A stretch of 64,000 nucleotides of DNA from Eledone cirrhosa (taxonomy: Eukaryota). The translations under genes were made by a program, and so were the position numbers. Positions 39,050 to 53,299 of the stretch are shown piece after piece. Below the pieces are notes generated by a model, which ran no database searches, had not been told where the DNA came from, and saw only the letters and a program-made list of their open reading frames with translations. The first letter of the stretch is position 1, and every line of letters starts with the position of its first letter. The DNA lies in the NCBI GenBank assembly GCA_964016885.1, contig OZ024754.1, positions 28,458,001 through 28,522,000 of the forward strand, written 5' to 3'.

Positions 39050-40701
39050 TATATGTTGGTTGTATACCAACACCTCAGTATGCAGGCTGGAGCACTCAAC
39101 GAAGTGTGCAGGTTGGTTTGGTTACTCCGGAGTAATGTAAAATAAAGTTAAATAAAAAGTCAAATGTTTAAAATTTAGCTTCGTTTATTACTACTATATA
39201 TATTTCAGTGACAGCCATCTTTGGCTGTGACCGCTTCAGGCAGTTTGAATTAGTGTGGTATAGACAAGTACATATGTTGTTGAGGTGTATAATTTTGTCA
39301 ATACTCTGATATGCCCAGTTCCTGGTTGGGTTGTTATTTCACTGAGGAACTGGAATCATATGAATTCAAACAAACAAATTTCAGTGTCAAAAGGCCTCTT
39401 CTCCTCTCATTGGTCAGTTGTTAGAACATTCCTCATTCTAAGTGTTGTTATTGTTGGAATTAGCTTAAAAAATTGCTAAAGTGGTAGAAGGGACAAGGCG
39501 TTAAAGGAACAAAATAACAAAAAAAGTGTCAAACTTCCCATTGGTCAGTTTTGAGAGCATTCCTCAGTCAGAAGTCTATAGAATTCTTTCTGGGGTGAGG
39601 CTCCCTATAGTGTTTGTGTTTGCTATTGTTAAGTACATTTGACCTCTACCATTATTTTGGTAGTGTTGTTGGTGTTGTGGTCAGCTTATGTCTTGCTTCT
39701 GCTGACAATTTACAAGTATCCAGTGTGTGTTTTTTCAAGTAAATTGATTTCTGATTTTCAAGTTCCAATTTTAAATCTTGATTTCTCTTTATAAATTTGT
39801 TATTTGTATTCTGCCCTCTTCACTGTATCACCTTATATTTATTTTTAAGTTGAGATTGATTATAACGCAAACACATTTTGTTTGATTATCTTATTTTAAC
39901 ATCTTGTAACTCATACCAATCTATCCAACATATTTCTGACCTTAAGATTGGTTATAGCACACACACACACTATATCCTACATTATTTCTCACTTCTCCAT
40001 ATTCATTTTCATTACCTTTTCACCAATTTTTCATTTATTCTTTATTCTTTATTCTCTATTTATTTATTTTCAAATTATACAAATTATATTATTTATTTTC
40101 TGTTTTCTTCATTTATTGCCTTATATTTCTTCATATACATGGAAGAACCCCCCCCCCCCCACCACTATGAGAGATGGTGGCAGGAGGGATGATGAAGAAA
40201 AAACACACACAGATACTTCTAAATTGTCAACAGAAGCAAGACATAAGCTGACCATAACACTACCAAAATAATGGTAGAGGTCAAATGTACTTAACAATAG
40301 CAAACACAAACACTACAGGGAGCCTCACCCCAGAAAGAATTCTATAGACTTCTGACTGAGGAATGCTCTCAGAACTGACCAATGGGAAGTTTGACACTTT
40401 TTTTGTTATTTTGTTCCTTTAACACCTTGTCCCTTCTACCACTTTAGCAATTTTTTAAGCTAACTCCAACAATAACAACACTTAGAATGAGGAATGTTCT
40501 AACAACTGACCAATGAGAAGAGAAGAGGCCTTTGACACTGAAATTCATATGATTCCAGTTCCTCAGTGAAATAACAACCCAACCAGGAACTGGGCATATC
40601 AGAGTATTGACAATATTATACACCTCAACAACATATGTACTTGTCTATACCACACTAATTCGGACTGCCTGAAGAGGTCACAGCCAAAGATGGCTGTGAC
40701 C
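39050..40701. mobile_element. Penelope-like pLTR remnant with about 500-bp inverted arms
   Basis: 39207-39736 is an imperfect reverse complement of 40197-40701, and hammerhead parts lie at the outer ends. Confidence 0.7.
39191..39243 (-). ncRNA. Hammerhead ribozyme with one core substitution
   Basis: CTGC-CTGAAGC-GGTCACAGCC-AAAGAT-GGCTGTCACT-GAAA-TATATA-TA-GTAG. The mirror copy at 40665-40701 has CTGAAGA and a perfect stem II but is truncated at GAAA. Confidence 0.65.
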
Positions 40702-41115
40702 AAAGAATTTTATTGATAAATTCAAACCCAAGCTAAATGAACAATAATAACGCCTAGGGGTATTACTTCTACTACCACTATGACCACGACCACTAACAAC
40801 AACAACAACAATAATAATAATAAAAGTGATGTTGATGGTGATGATTAATAGAAAATGCTATTTTCATCATTTCAAAAAGCAAAACAATTGATACGTTGGA
40901 TATGACTATTGGTCGTTAGCATGCTCAACCAGCCGTGACGCTTAAACCAATCAGCTGTAGTAATTCAGTGAAACTACACACTGATTGGTCGAAATACAGT
41001 TTACAGGGCTTTGCATTCTGGAGCCACTTTTCTCTGTATAAAATGTATAAAAGGTAGGAAATTTACCCATCTCATTACAGTTGAAAATTGCAAACTCAAC
41101 TGTCACCACATATCA

Positions 41116-41154
41116 TGAACCTGAAGATTGCGAAAGCATGAAAGTACTTGTTCA
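41116..41154 (+). ncRNA. Minimal type I hammerhead ribozyme
   Basis: TGAAC-CTGAAGA-T-TGC-GAAA-GCA-T-GAAA-GTAC-TT-GTTCA, with GNRA-capped stem II and palindromic stem III. Confidence 0.75.
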
Positions 41155-41445
41155 ATTAACACTTAGAATTTAATATTCTATCATACTATTTCATTATAAT
41201 ACCATTATATATATTTTAAAGGATTGTAAATAAAACGAGTAAATCAGACAAAGTTGGAATTCCTCTTATTAATATATATATACATATATACATACAGGTA
41301 CACATACATATATGTACGTATCAGTTTAGTGGACGTTTATTATAATGCCCGCTTTGTCCTTTTGTAAACAAACGGACAGCCTGAATTTATGCCATACGGT
41401 GTTAAGGCAACCACGTCACCTTTTTGTTCAACACTGACACAGGAA

Positions 41446-41486
41446 CGATGTACTAGTTTCAAGCTTCTTAGCTATCATCAGCACCG
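41446..41486 (-). ncRNA. Minimal type I hammerhead ribozyme
   Basis: CGGTG-CTGATGA-T-AGCT-AAGA-AGCT-T-GAAA-CTAG-TA-CATCG; intact core, GUA triplet. Confidence 0.85.
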
Positions 41487-41910
41487 TATACCCTTCTACC
41501 AGATGGTTGAACGTTCGAAAGTATATACTTTCCTTATGAAAATTAACGGCTGAGCAGCCTAATTTGCATATCGAGTGAGTTCAGTCGGCCAGGCGCACCG
41601 AAAACGATAAGTTGTAATAGAATGAAAACGAAATTTCATTTCTCACTCTTAGTACGGCACTTACTTAAATGTAAGTATGTATGTATACGTACATACATAT
41701 ATGTATACAGACATACAGTAGCATGCATATATATATATATATATATACATATATACATACAGGTACACATACATATATTTACGTATCAGTTTAGCGGACG
41801 TTTATTATAATGCCCGCTTTGTCCTTTTGTAAACAAACGGACAGCCTGAATTTATGCCGTACGGTGTTAAGGCAAACACGTCACCTTTTTGTTCAACACT
41901 GACACAGGAA

Positions 41911-41951
41911 CGATGTACTAGTTCCAAGCTTCTTAGCTATCATCAGCACCG
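41911..41951 (-). ncRNA. Second hammerhead copy with GAAA changed to GGAA
   Basis: Identical to 41446-41486 except that the plus strand reads ttcc instead of tttc. Confidence 0.7.
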
Positions 41952-41966
41952 TATACCCTTCTGCCA

Positions 41967-42312
41967 TATATATATATGTATATGTATGTATATATATATA
42001 TATGTGTATATATATATATGTATGTATATATGTATATGTGTATATATATATATGTATGTATATATGTATATGTGTATATATATATATGTATGTATATATG
42101 TATATGTGTATATATATATATGTATGTATATATGTATATATATATATGTATATATATATATGTATGTATGTATGTATATATATATATATATGTATGTATA
42201 TATATATATATATATATGTATGTATATATATATATATATGTATGTATATATATATATATATATATGTATGTATATATATATATATATGTATGTATATATA
42301 TATATATGTATG

Positions 42313-42343
<31 letters not shown>

Positions 42344-42739
42344 ATATATATATATATATGTATGTATATATATATATATATATGTATGTATATATATATA
42401 TATATGTATGTATATATGTATGTATATGTATGTATATATGTATGTATATATATATATGTATGTATATATATATATATATGTATGTATATATATATATATG
42501 TATGTATATATATATGTATGTATGTATATATATATATATGTATGTATATATATATATATATGTATGTATATATATATATATATGTATGTATATATGTATG
42601 TATATATATATATATGTATGTATATATATGTATATATGTATGTATATATATATATATATGTAATATATATGTATATATGTATGTATATATATATGTATGT
42701 ATATATGTATGTATATATGTATGTATATATGTATGTATA

Positions 42740-42775
<36 letters not shown>

Positions 42776-43123
42776 TGTATATATATATGTATGTATATAT
42801 GTATGTATATATATATATATATATGTATGTATATATGTATGTATATATATATATATATATGTATGTATATATGTATGTATATATATATATATATATGTAT
42901 GTATATATGTATGTATATATATATATATATATGTATGTATATATATATATATATATGTATGTATATATGTATGTATATATATATATATATGTATGTATAT
43001 ATGTATGTATATATATATATATATGTATGTATATATGTATATATATATATATATATATGTATGTATATGTATGTATATATGTATATATATATATATATAT
43101 GTATGTATATGTATGTATATATG

Positions 43124-43154
<31 letters not shown>

Positions 43155-43247
43155 ATGTATGTATATATGTATATATATATATATATATGTATGTATATGT
43201 ATGTATATATGTATATATATATATATATATATGTATGTATATATGTA

Positions 43248-43280
<33 letters not shown>

Positions 43281-43369
43281 ATATATATATATGTATGTAT
43301 ATATGTATATATGTATATATATATATATGTATGTATATATGTATATATATATATATGTATGTATATATG

Positions 43370-43400
<31 letters not shown>

Positions 43401-43547
43401 ATATATATATATATATATGTATGTATATATATATATATATATATGTATGTATATATGTATATATATATATGTATGTATGTATATATGTATGTATGTATAT
43501 ATATATGTATGTATGTATATATATATATGTGTGTGTATATATATATG

Positions 43548-43578
<31 letters not shown>

Positions 43579-43649
43579 GTATGTATGTATATATATATAT
43601 ATGTGTGTATATATGTATGTATATATATATATGTGTATATATATATATG

Positions 43650-43711
<62 letters not shown>

Positions 43712-44051
43712 TATGTATGTATATATATATATGTATGTATATATATATATGTATGTATATATATATATGTATGTGTATATATATATGTATATATATATAT
43801 GTATATATATATATGTATATATATATATGTATATATATATATGTATATATATATATGTATATATATATATGTATGTATATATATATGTATATATATATAT
43901 GTACGTATATATGTATATATATGTATGTATATATATATGTATATATATATATGTACGTATATATGTATATATATGTATGTATATATATATATATGTATAT
44001 ATATGTGTATATGTATATATATATATATGTATGTATGTATATATATATATA
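41967..44051. repeat. About 2.1-kb (TA)n/(TATG) tract
   Basis: Directly visible. Confidence 0.98.
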
Positions 44052-44629
44052 TCATCATCATCATCATCATCATCAGGTTTAGCGTCCGTGTTCCACGCTT
44101 GCATGGGTTTGGACGGGGGTTTTCCCACTTGAGGCAAGAGTGGTTGTCTTGCTCGCATAGGACTGTCTGGCGGGTTTTCTACAGTTGGATGCCCTTCCTA
44201 ACACCAACCACATTTACAGTGTGGGGCTGGGAGGTTTTTACCGTGTTGCCTACACGGCCACATTACAGCGTGGACTGTCTGGCGGGTTTTCTACAGCTGG
44301 ATGCCCTTCCTAACACCAACCACATTTACAGTGTGGGGCTGGGAGGTTTTTACCGTGTTGCCTACACGGCCACATTTACAGTGTGGACTGTGTGTTTTTT
44401 TTGTCGTGACACCTACACGATCTCATTTGTTTCGGCCTGGATGTTGTGGGACCAACATAACTGTACATTGAAAGGGGCGGTGTGGATGGGGTGGAGGTGG
44501 TGGGAAGGGGGGGGGGGGTGTTTTGATAGAGATGCCTACTGACTGTAGTAGGTTTTTACTTTGTATTTAGGTAAGGCGGGTCTTCTCTATTACTGAGTAC
44601 CGCCAAAGGTCTCGGTCCAGTGACATTGT
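44052..44629 (-). mobile_element. RTE-A 3' fragment
   Basis: Last codons ([19 protein letters not shown]), duplicated 3'UTR module and (GAT)n tail; flanked by TA tracts. Confidence 0.95.
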
Positions 44630-44927
44630 ATGTATATATATATATATGTATGTATATATATATATATATATGTATGTATATATATATATGTATATATGTA
44701 TGTATATATATATATGTATGTATATATATATGTATATATATATATGTATGTATATATGTATGTATATATATATATGTATGTATATATATATGTATATATA
44801 TATATGTATGTATATATATATGTATATATATATATGTATGTATATATATATGTATATATATATATGTATGTATATATATATGTATATATATGTATGTATG
44901 TATATATGTATGTATATATATATATAT

Positions 44928-46070
44928 GTCAGGTCACCTCTTGGTGCTACTGGTAACATGTATCCCAGTACAACCTGTCTCATGGTCGGGTCGTTGGCGA
45001 CTAAACTGGCAACCCTACCAAGCTTTCTTGGTGAGGAGGGTGACTTTGGACATTCTGCAAGACTAAAAACAAAACCTGTCAAAGGGCAAAGGAGCTCTTA
45101 AGAGTCAATGGCCATCCAAAATCACTGGGAGAGATGACCCCTTAGCCTTTGTCAAGGCAGAATTCTAGGAGAAGGAAAACTCTGATATAACATCTGCAAC
45201 CCTGATGGTATCCAATGATGTTGACTTGTTCTTCTTTTTGGTAAATATCATCTTGGTTAAGAGAGTGGGACTGGCTTTGTGCAGTGCCTTTGCTCACTAT
45301 AAAAGTTTCACGGCACAGGCATTGCTTTGTATCTGGAGATCTCTCTGCACTTGTCGTCACATGGTACCAAAGGCAAAGCACTATGTGTCAATAATTGTCA
45401 CAAGTGTAGTGTTTGTACCAGAGTTTTCAAGTCGCTGGCTGGACTAAAAAGTCACACTTGTTCAGCGCATCGGTAGGGGTTCTCCTACATAGATATAAAG
45501 TAGTGGCCGTACTCGAAAACGAGTTGGCAGCCACCATGTATGTATATATGTATGTATGTTTCTTGGTGAGGAGGGTGACTTTGGACATCCTGCAGGACTA
45601 AAAACAAAACCTGTCAAAGGGCAAAGGAGCTCTTAAGAGTCAATGGCCATCCAAAATCACCGGGAGAGATGACCCCTTAGCCTTTGTCAAGGCAGAATTC
45701 TAGGAGAAGGAAAACTCTGATATAACACCTGCAACCCTGATGGTATCCAATGATGTTGACTTGTTCTTCTTTTTGGTAAATATCATCTTGGTTAAGAGAG
45801 TGGGACTGGCTTTGTGCAGTGCTTTTGCTCACTATAAAAGCTTCACGGCACAGGGATTACTTTATATCTGGAGATCTCTCTGCACTTTTCCTCACATGGT
45901 ACCATGGGCCCAGCACTATGTGTCAATAGTTGTCACAAGTGTAGTGTTTGAACCAGAGTTTTCAAGTCGCCGGCTGGACTAAAAAGTCACAGTCGTTCAG
46001 CGCATTGGTAGGGGTTCTCCTACATGGATATAAAGTAGTGGCCGTACTCGAAAACGAGTTGGCAGCCACC
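44928..46070. repeat. Unclassified interspersed repeat X with tandem partial duplication
   Basis: About 45025-45537 is duplicated at about 45560-46071, and its first ~145 nt recur at 49733-49878. Confidence 0.8.
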
Positions 46071-46097
46071 ATATATATATATGTATATATATGTATG

Positions 46098-46137
<40 letters not shown>

Positions 46138-46290
46138 TGTATATATATATATGTATGTATATATATATATGTATATATGTATGTATATATATATATATGT
46201 ATATATGTATGTATATATATGTATATATGTATGTATATATATGTATATATGTATGTATATATATGTATATATGTATGTATATATATGTAT

Positions 46291-46383
<93 letters not shown>

Positions 46384-46443
46384 TATGTATATATATATAT
46401 GTATATATATATATGTATATATATATATGTATATATATATATG

Positions 46444-46490
<47 letters not shown>

Positions 46491-46663
46491 GTATATATAT
46501 ATATGTATATATATATATGTATATATATGTATGTATATATGTATGTATATATATATGTATATATATGTATGTATATATGTATGTATATATATATGTATAT
46601 ATATATATGTATATATATGTATATATATGTATGTATATATGTATATATATGTATGTATATATG

Positions 46664-46694
<31 letters not shown>

Positions 46695-47051
46695 GTATGT
46701 ATATATATATGTATATATATATATATATATGTATGTATATATATATGTATATATATATATATATGTATGTATATATATATGTATATATATATATATATGT
46801 ATGTATATATATATGTATATATATATATATATGTATGTATATATATATGTATATATATATATATATGTATGTATATATATATGTATATATATGTATATAT
46901 ATATATATATGTATGTATATATATATATGTATGTATATATATATATATATGTATGTATATATATATATGTATGTATATATATATATGTATGTATATATAT
47001 ATATATATATGTATGTATATATATATATATATATGTATGTATATATATATG

Positions 47052-47082
<31 letters not shown>

Positions 47083-47297
47083 GTATGTATATATATATAT
47101 ATATATGTATGTATATATATATATATATGTATGTATATATATGTATATATATATGTATGTATATATATATATATGTATGTATATATATATGTATATATAT
47201 GTATATATATATGTATGTATATATATATATATGTATGTATATATATATGTATATATATGTGTATATATATATGTATATATATATATATATATGTATG

Positions 47298-47328
<31 letters not shown>

Positions 47329-47357
47329 GTATGTATATATATATATATATGTATATA
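46071..47357. repeat. About 1.3-kb (TA)n/(TATG) tract
   Basis: Directly visible. Confidence 0.98.
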
Positions 47358-48860
47358 TATACAAGCCATGTATAAAGAAACAGTCAGCAAGGTTAGAATT
47401 AACAACGAATATAGTGAAGAGTTTAGCGTAAAAGTTGGCGTCCATCAGGGCTCTGTTCTCAGCCCCCTACTATTTATTATTGCCCTTCAGGCTATAACAG
47501 AGGAGTTCAAGACAGGCTGCCCATGGGAACTCCTATACGCAGACGACCTGACACTCATAGCGGAATCAATGGCCGAGCTAGAGAAGAAATTCCAAACATG
47601 GAAGCACGGCCTAGAGTCAAAAGGACTTAAAATTAACCTGGCTAAGACTAAAGTTCTAGTTTGTAGGAAAGAAAACAAGGCGGCGGTCCCTTCTGGGAAA
47701 TGGTCGTGCTCGGTATGTAGGAAAGGCGTAGGTAGAAACTCCATCTTATGTCCTAAATGCAAAGTATGGGTGCATAAAAGATGTAGTGGGATCACAGGTA
47801 AGCTAACTAAGAACATAGACTTTACATGTGGCCGGTGTTCTGGTGCAATAAGTAGCAGCAAGTGCCCACAAAATACTAGCTCTTTCAATTGCGCAGAGGG
47901 TTTTATAGAAATAGTGGACAGCTTCCGTTACCTGGGCGATAAAATCAGCAGTGGGGGAGGGTGCTCTGAAAGTACTGTAGCTAGAGTCAGAACTGGTTGG
48001 AAAAAGTTCAGAGAGCTTATACCACTATTAGCTGCTAAAGGGTTCTCCCTAAAAATGAAAGGCAGGTTGTACGATGCCTGCATACGAACAGCAATGTTGC
48101 ATGGTAGTGAGACCTGGGCATTGTGTGCAGAGGATATACGCAGACTAGAGAGGAACGAAGCTTGCATGCTCCGCTGGATGTGTAACAGTAATATACGTGA
48201 ACGGCAAAGCATAAACGAACTAAGGAAAAAATTAGAGATAAGAGGGATCAGATGTTGTTTACTCGAGAGAAGGCTGCGTTGGTATGGACACGTGATGCGC
48301 ATGAAAGTCGATAGCTGTATTACAAAGTGCAGGGCAATAAAGATAGACGGTAGCCACGGAATAGGCAGACCTAGAAAAACATGGGATGAGCTGATAAACT
48401 CCGACCTCACACACTTACACCTCTCCAAGACAATGTCACTGGACCGTGACCTTTGGCGGTACTCAGTAACAGAGAAGACCCGCCTTGCCAGTAGGCATCT
48501 CTAACAAAATACACCCCTCCCGCCGCCACCCCCACCCCATCCACACCACCCCGTTCTATGTAAAGTTATGTTGGTGCCGCGCCATCCAGGCCGAAACAAA
48601 TGAGATCGTGTAGGTGTCACGACAAAAAAACACACAGTCCACGCTGTAATGTGGCCGTGTAGGCAACACGGTAAAAACCTCCCAGACCCACACTGTAAAT
48701 GTGGTTGGTGTTAGGAAGGGCATCCAACTGTAGAAAACCTGCCAGACAGTCCTATGCGAGCAAGACAATCACTCTTGCCTCAAGTGGGACTACCCCCGTC
48801 CAAACCCATGCAAGCGTGGAACACGGACGTTAAACATTGATGATGATGATGATGATGATG
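47358..48860 (+). mobile_element. RTE-A, 5'-truncated within RT
   Basis: Open frame from [11 protein letters not shown] through YADD and the Cys cluster to the C-terminus, with a small deletion across the stop codon and a (GAT)n tail. Confidence 0.95.
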
Positions 48861-49730
48861 TATGTATATATATATGTATATATATATATATATGTATGTA
48901 TATATATATGTATATATATATATATATGTATGTATATATATATGTATATATATATATATATGTATATATATATGTATATATATATATATATGTATGTATA
49001 TATATATGTATATATATATATATATGTATGTATATATATATGTATATATATATATATATGTATGTATATATATATGTATATATATATATATATGTATATA
49101 TATATGTATATATATATATATATGTATGTATATATATATGTATATATATATATATATGTATGTATATATATATGTATATATATATATATATGTATGTATA
49201 TATATATGTATATATATATATATATGTATGTATATATATATGTATATATATATATATATGTATGTATATATATATGTATATATATATATGTATGTATATA
49301 TATATATGTATGTATATATATATATGTATGTATATATATATATGTGTGTATATATATATGTATGTATATATATATATGTGTGTATATATATATGTATGTA
49401 TATATATATATGTATGTATATATATATATGTATGTATATATATATATGTGTATATATATATGTATATATATATGTATGTGTATATATATATGTATATATA
49501 TATGTATGTGTATATATATATGTATATATATATATGTATGTGTATATATATATGTATATATATATATGTATGTGTATATATATATGTATATATATATATA
49601 TGTGTGTATATATATATGTATATATATATATGTATATATATATGTATATATATATATATGTATATATATATGTATATATATATATATGTATATATATATG
49701 TATGTATATATATATATGTATGTATATATA
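48861..49730. repeat. About 0.9-kb (TA)n/(TATG) tract
   Basis: Directly visible. Confidence 0.98.
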
Positions 49731-50577
49731 TTGTGTCAGGTCACCAGTTGGTGCTACTGGTAACATGTATCCCAGTACAACCTGTCTCATGGTCGGGACG
49801 TTGGCGACTAAACTGGCAACCCCACCAAGGTTTCTTGGTGAGGAGGGTAACTTTGGACATCCTGCAGGACTAAGAACAATACGTTAACATCAGTTTGAGC
49901 GACCAGTTACAGCCAGTTTCAACAGAGAGAGGTAGAGAATTCTGGCCGGTTTTGGCCGGTTTGAACATTAAAGGGTTAAGAGGGAAGATTTTTAGATGAA
50001 TGTAAACACTTTAAAACAGACTGTATTGTAGATCAAGGAGTGGTCTTATGCGGTTTCGTATTGAATGGGTTAAATTATTTGAGCAGAGAAAAATGGATGC
50101 TTGTAAATATATAAACCAAGATTAAATTAGATTAGAAAGAATATTTTTCTACAATGTAAAACATATTGTGTTTGTTTCATTTTAATATTTTCCAATAACA
50201 CTGCCCCCCCCCCCCCATATATGTCCATTTTTTAATATATTCAGTATATTTCTGCTGCTTATTCTATCTATTTTTTCCCCTTGACTGTGTTTGCATGGTT
50301 CAGGAACTTTAATTTTTTCATCATATATATATATATCCCTTTCTTCTATAATACAACAGTAGCAAATTGAAGTTTTCCATCACCGTATAGTTTTGGTTTC
50401 TCTTGCCTTTTTCTGTTATCACTTTTTACTTTATTTTGCCATCAAATACTTTTTTCCTTTTCCTTTCTTTTAAATAGTAAATACTATTAAAAATCATTTT
50501 TTTTCTTCAAAATAGAGAAACCACACTTTTTGTATTTTTCTTTTATTCATAATACAAAAAAAAGTTTTATTATTAGA

Positions 50578-50639
<62 letters not shown>

Positions 50640-50749
50640 TATTCTGATATCTGTAAAATTCTTTGGATGCTTCATGTCTTGAATTTTCTTTTGTTATATA
50701 ATATTTAAAAGACATACATAGTATGTTGAATCCATTGCAAGTATCCCCA

Positions 50750-51085
50750 TCATTACTACTACTACTGCAACCAATTCCATCACCACTATCACTACCACCA
50801 TCACCACTACCATCACCACCATTACTATCACCACTAACACCATCACCACCATTACTATCACCACTAACACTACCACCATCACCACTAACACTACCACCAT
50901 CACCACTACCATCACCACCATTACTATCACCACTAACACCATCACCACCATTACTATCACCACTAACACTACCACCATCACCACTAACACTACCACCATC
51001 ACCACTACCATCACCACCACCACTAACACCATCACCACCAACACTATCACCACTATCACTACCACCATCACCACTACCATCACCT
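50750..51085. repeat. (ACC/ACT/ATC) trinucleotide-derived repeat
   Basis: Directly visible; explains the Pro/Ser- and Gly-rich ORFs. Confidence 0.9.
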
Positions 51086-51122
51086 CTCCATTCATCCTTA
51101 CCATTAATATGCAGGCACATAC

Positions 51123-51489
51123 ATCATCATCATCATGCTTTTACGTCCACTTTTCCCTGCTTGCACGGGTGGGACGGGAATTGATTCTGGCTTGATTTCT
51201 ACACCAACCTCATTTACAGTGAGTGCTGGGTGCTTTTTTTACGTGGTGCCTACACGTCCACTTTACAGTGTAGGCTGGGTGCTTTTTTGCCGTGACACCT
51301 CCATGACCTCTTTGAAGTGGAATGATAGGGACCCCAGTCCCTATCATCTCATTTCTACTGCTGAGTAAACTGGAACAATGTGAAATAAAGTGTCTTGCTC
51401 AAGGGAACAACACATCACCTGGTCTGAGAATTGAACTCACAACCTTTTGATTGCAAGCCAATGCTCTAACCACTAAGCCATGTGCCTCC
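51123..51489 (-). mobile_element. tRNA-derived SINE family 1
   Basis: Matches the reverse complement of 38658-38999. Confidence 0.9.
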
Positions 51490-51627
51490 ATATACATACA
51501 TTGATTTTTCTAGAAAGGCGTTGATATCATTAACCATTTCACTATCATATTTATAATGAAAGTCACTGCATTCAATTTTCAAATCGCTTTGAAATTAAAG
51601 AATTTGGAAGGATATTGTACTATAACA

Positions 51628-51810
51628 TGGATTGGCAGTATCGGCAGGGGGTCAGACACCATACTTTGCAGCATAGAGTTACGGCCCTTTCCAGTCTGAG
51701 TTCAAATCCCTCCGAGGTTAACTTTGCCTTTCATCCTTACAGGGTCGATAAAATATAGTACCAGTAATGTACTGGGATAATTGCTGGCCTTGTGCCAAAA
51801 ATAGAAACAA
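51628..51810 (+). mobile_element. tRNA-derived SINE family 2
   Basis: Matches 36716-36895. Confidence 0.8.
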
Positions 51811-52234
51811 TTATTAAGCTGGTGTTTGCAATGTAACTTAACAAAGGTGTTTATATATAATAATGAATGAAGTTTTTTAGATAAATATGCTTGCATGGAC
51901 TCATAACTCCTGGAAGAGTTGTAGGGGCACCATATAGACATATGGCATTTCTGGGGCATTTTTAAAACGTGTCAGAGCCCATCTCCACTTAAGGTCTGAA
52001 TGCAGTAGATTTCTTCCAGAGAATGTCAGAGAGTGGTAGAACAGAAGTGAGAAAATGATATAGAGGAAAAATCGACTCCAGTATTAGAATGGTACTGTTT
52101 TTATCGACTTCAAATGAATGAAAGGCAAAATTGGCTTCGGGCAGATTTGAACTCAGAGAGCTGGAACAAATACCACAAAGTATTTTCTCTGACGTTTTAA
52201 TAACTCTGCCAATTCACCACCTTTTTAGATAAAC

Positions 52235-52961
52235 TAACAGGTAGGGAGAAATATGTATGCAGTAGATGTACAGGGAAATTAGACAGTAGAAGTCGCACTG
52301 ATAGACACATTTTTCAAATGCAAGTGGGCGCTATAGAAGTGGTGGATAGCTTCCGGTACCTAGGAGATCAGATTAGCATGGGAGGAGGGTGTTCCGAGGC
52401 CATAGTATCTAGAATAAGGACGGGTTGGAAGAAGTTTAGGGAGCTGCTTCCTCTGTTGACAAAGAAGGGTTTCTCCCTGCGTACGAAAGGCCGGTTGTAT
52501 GATGAGGAGCGCGATGCTGCATGGTAGTGAGACATGGGCAGCAACTGCAGAGGATATGCGACGACTGGAGAGAAATGAGGCAAGCATGCTCCGTTGGATG
52601 TGCAGCGTAAATGTGCGTGAACGACCCAGCATAAATGTGTTGAGAGAGAAACTGTGTCTGAGAGGGATAGAATGTAGTGTACGGGAGAGGAGACTGAGGT
52701 GGTATGGACATGTGATGCACATGGAGGATGACCGATGGGTGAAGAAGTGCCAGGAATTGCCAGTTGAAGGAAGACGTGGTAGAGGTAGACCACGAAAAAC
52801 ATGGGCGGAGGTGGTGAGAACAGACCTCAGATCATTGAAGCTCACGGTGGAGATGACGAGGGACCGTGACGAGTGGAGAGATGCTGTGCTGAATAAGACC
52901 CGTCCCACCCTTGCAAGCAGGGAAAAGCGGACGTAAAATGATGATGATGATGATGATGATA
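52235..52961 (+). mobile_element. RTE LINE family B, 5'-truncated
   Basis: KYVCSRC (end of the Cys cluster), [18 protein letters not shown] and GRPRKTW, with a frameshift near 52503. The ORF runs directly into the (GAT)n tail. Confidence 0.92.
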
Positions 52962-53299
52962 TACACTTTAAAGCAAACAGTCCAATATCATCAAACCAGT
53001 GGCCATTTCAGGTGGTTTGATATCAGAAAAATTAATAAACATTTTGTATAACATTTTTGAGCCAATATTTATGGTGATAGATTTGTTAGGGCATTGGATT
53101 AAATACATCAATATTTGTTTTAGCTCACTGCATTCTAAGTTCAAATTCTGGTATGGGTTAAGTTTGCATTTCATCCAATCCAGAAGTGGTAGGTTGGTAG
53201 AATTGTTAAACAGAGGTTGGTCTTAACTCACTTCTTGTCTGTCAAACAATAATAATTGATAATATTGATATGATTCCTTCATACAAAAGTAATTTTGGA

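Larger units (their letters stand above)
41281..41966 (-). mobile_element. Tandem 465-nt hammerhead-containing repeat (about 1.5 units; retrozyme-like or PLE pLTR tandem)
   Basis: 41281-41501 is repeated at 41746-41966 and each copy carries a hammerhead. Confidence 0.7.

Noticed and set aside
41854-49887. Long Y/I/M/C/V/H-rich ORFs (up to 846 aa), and similar ORFs at 1019-1432, 9576-9971, 37944-38733 and 61765-62679
   Set aside because: They are translations of TA/TG/CA microsatellites that lack stop codons; only the embedded RTE parts are real coding relics.
50581-51184. Extensin- or glycine-rich protein ORFs
   Set aside because: They derive from a trinucleotide repeat that is open in several frames and lacks splice or codon support.
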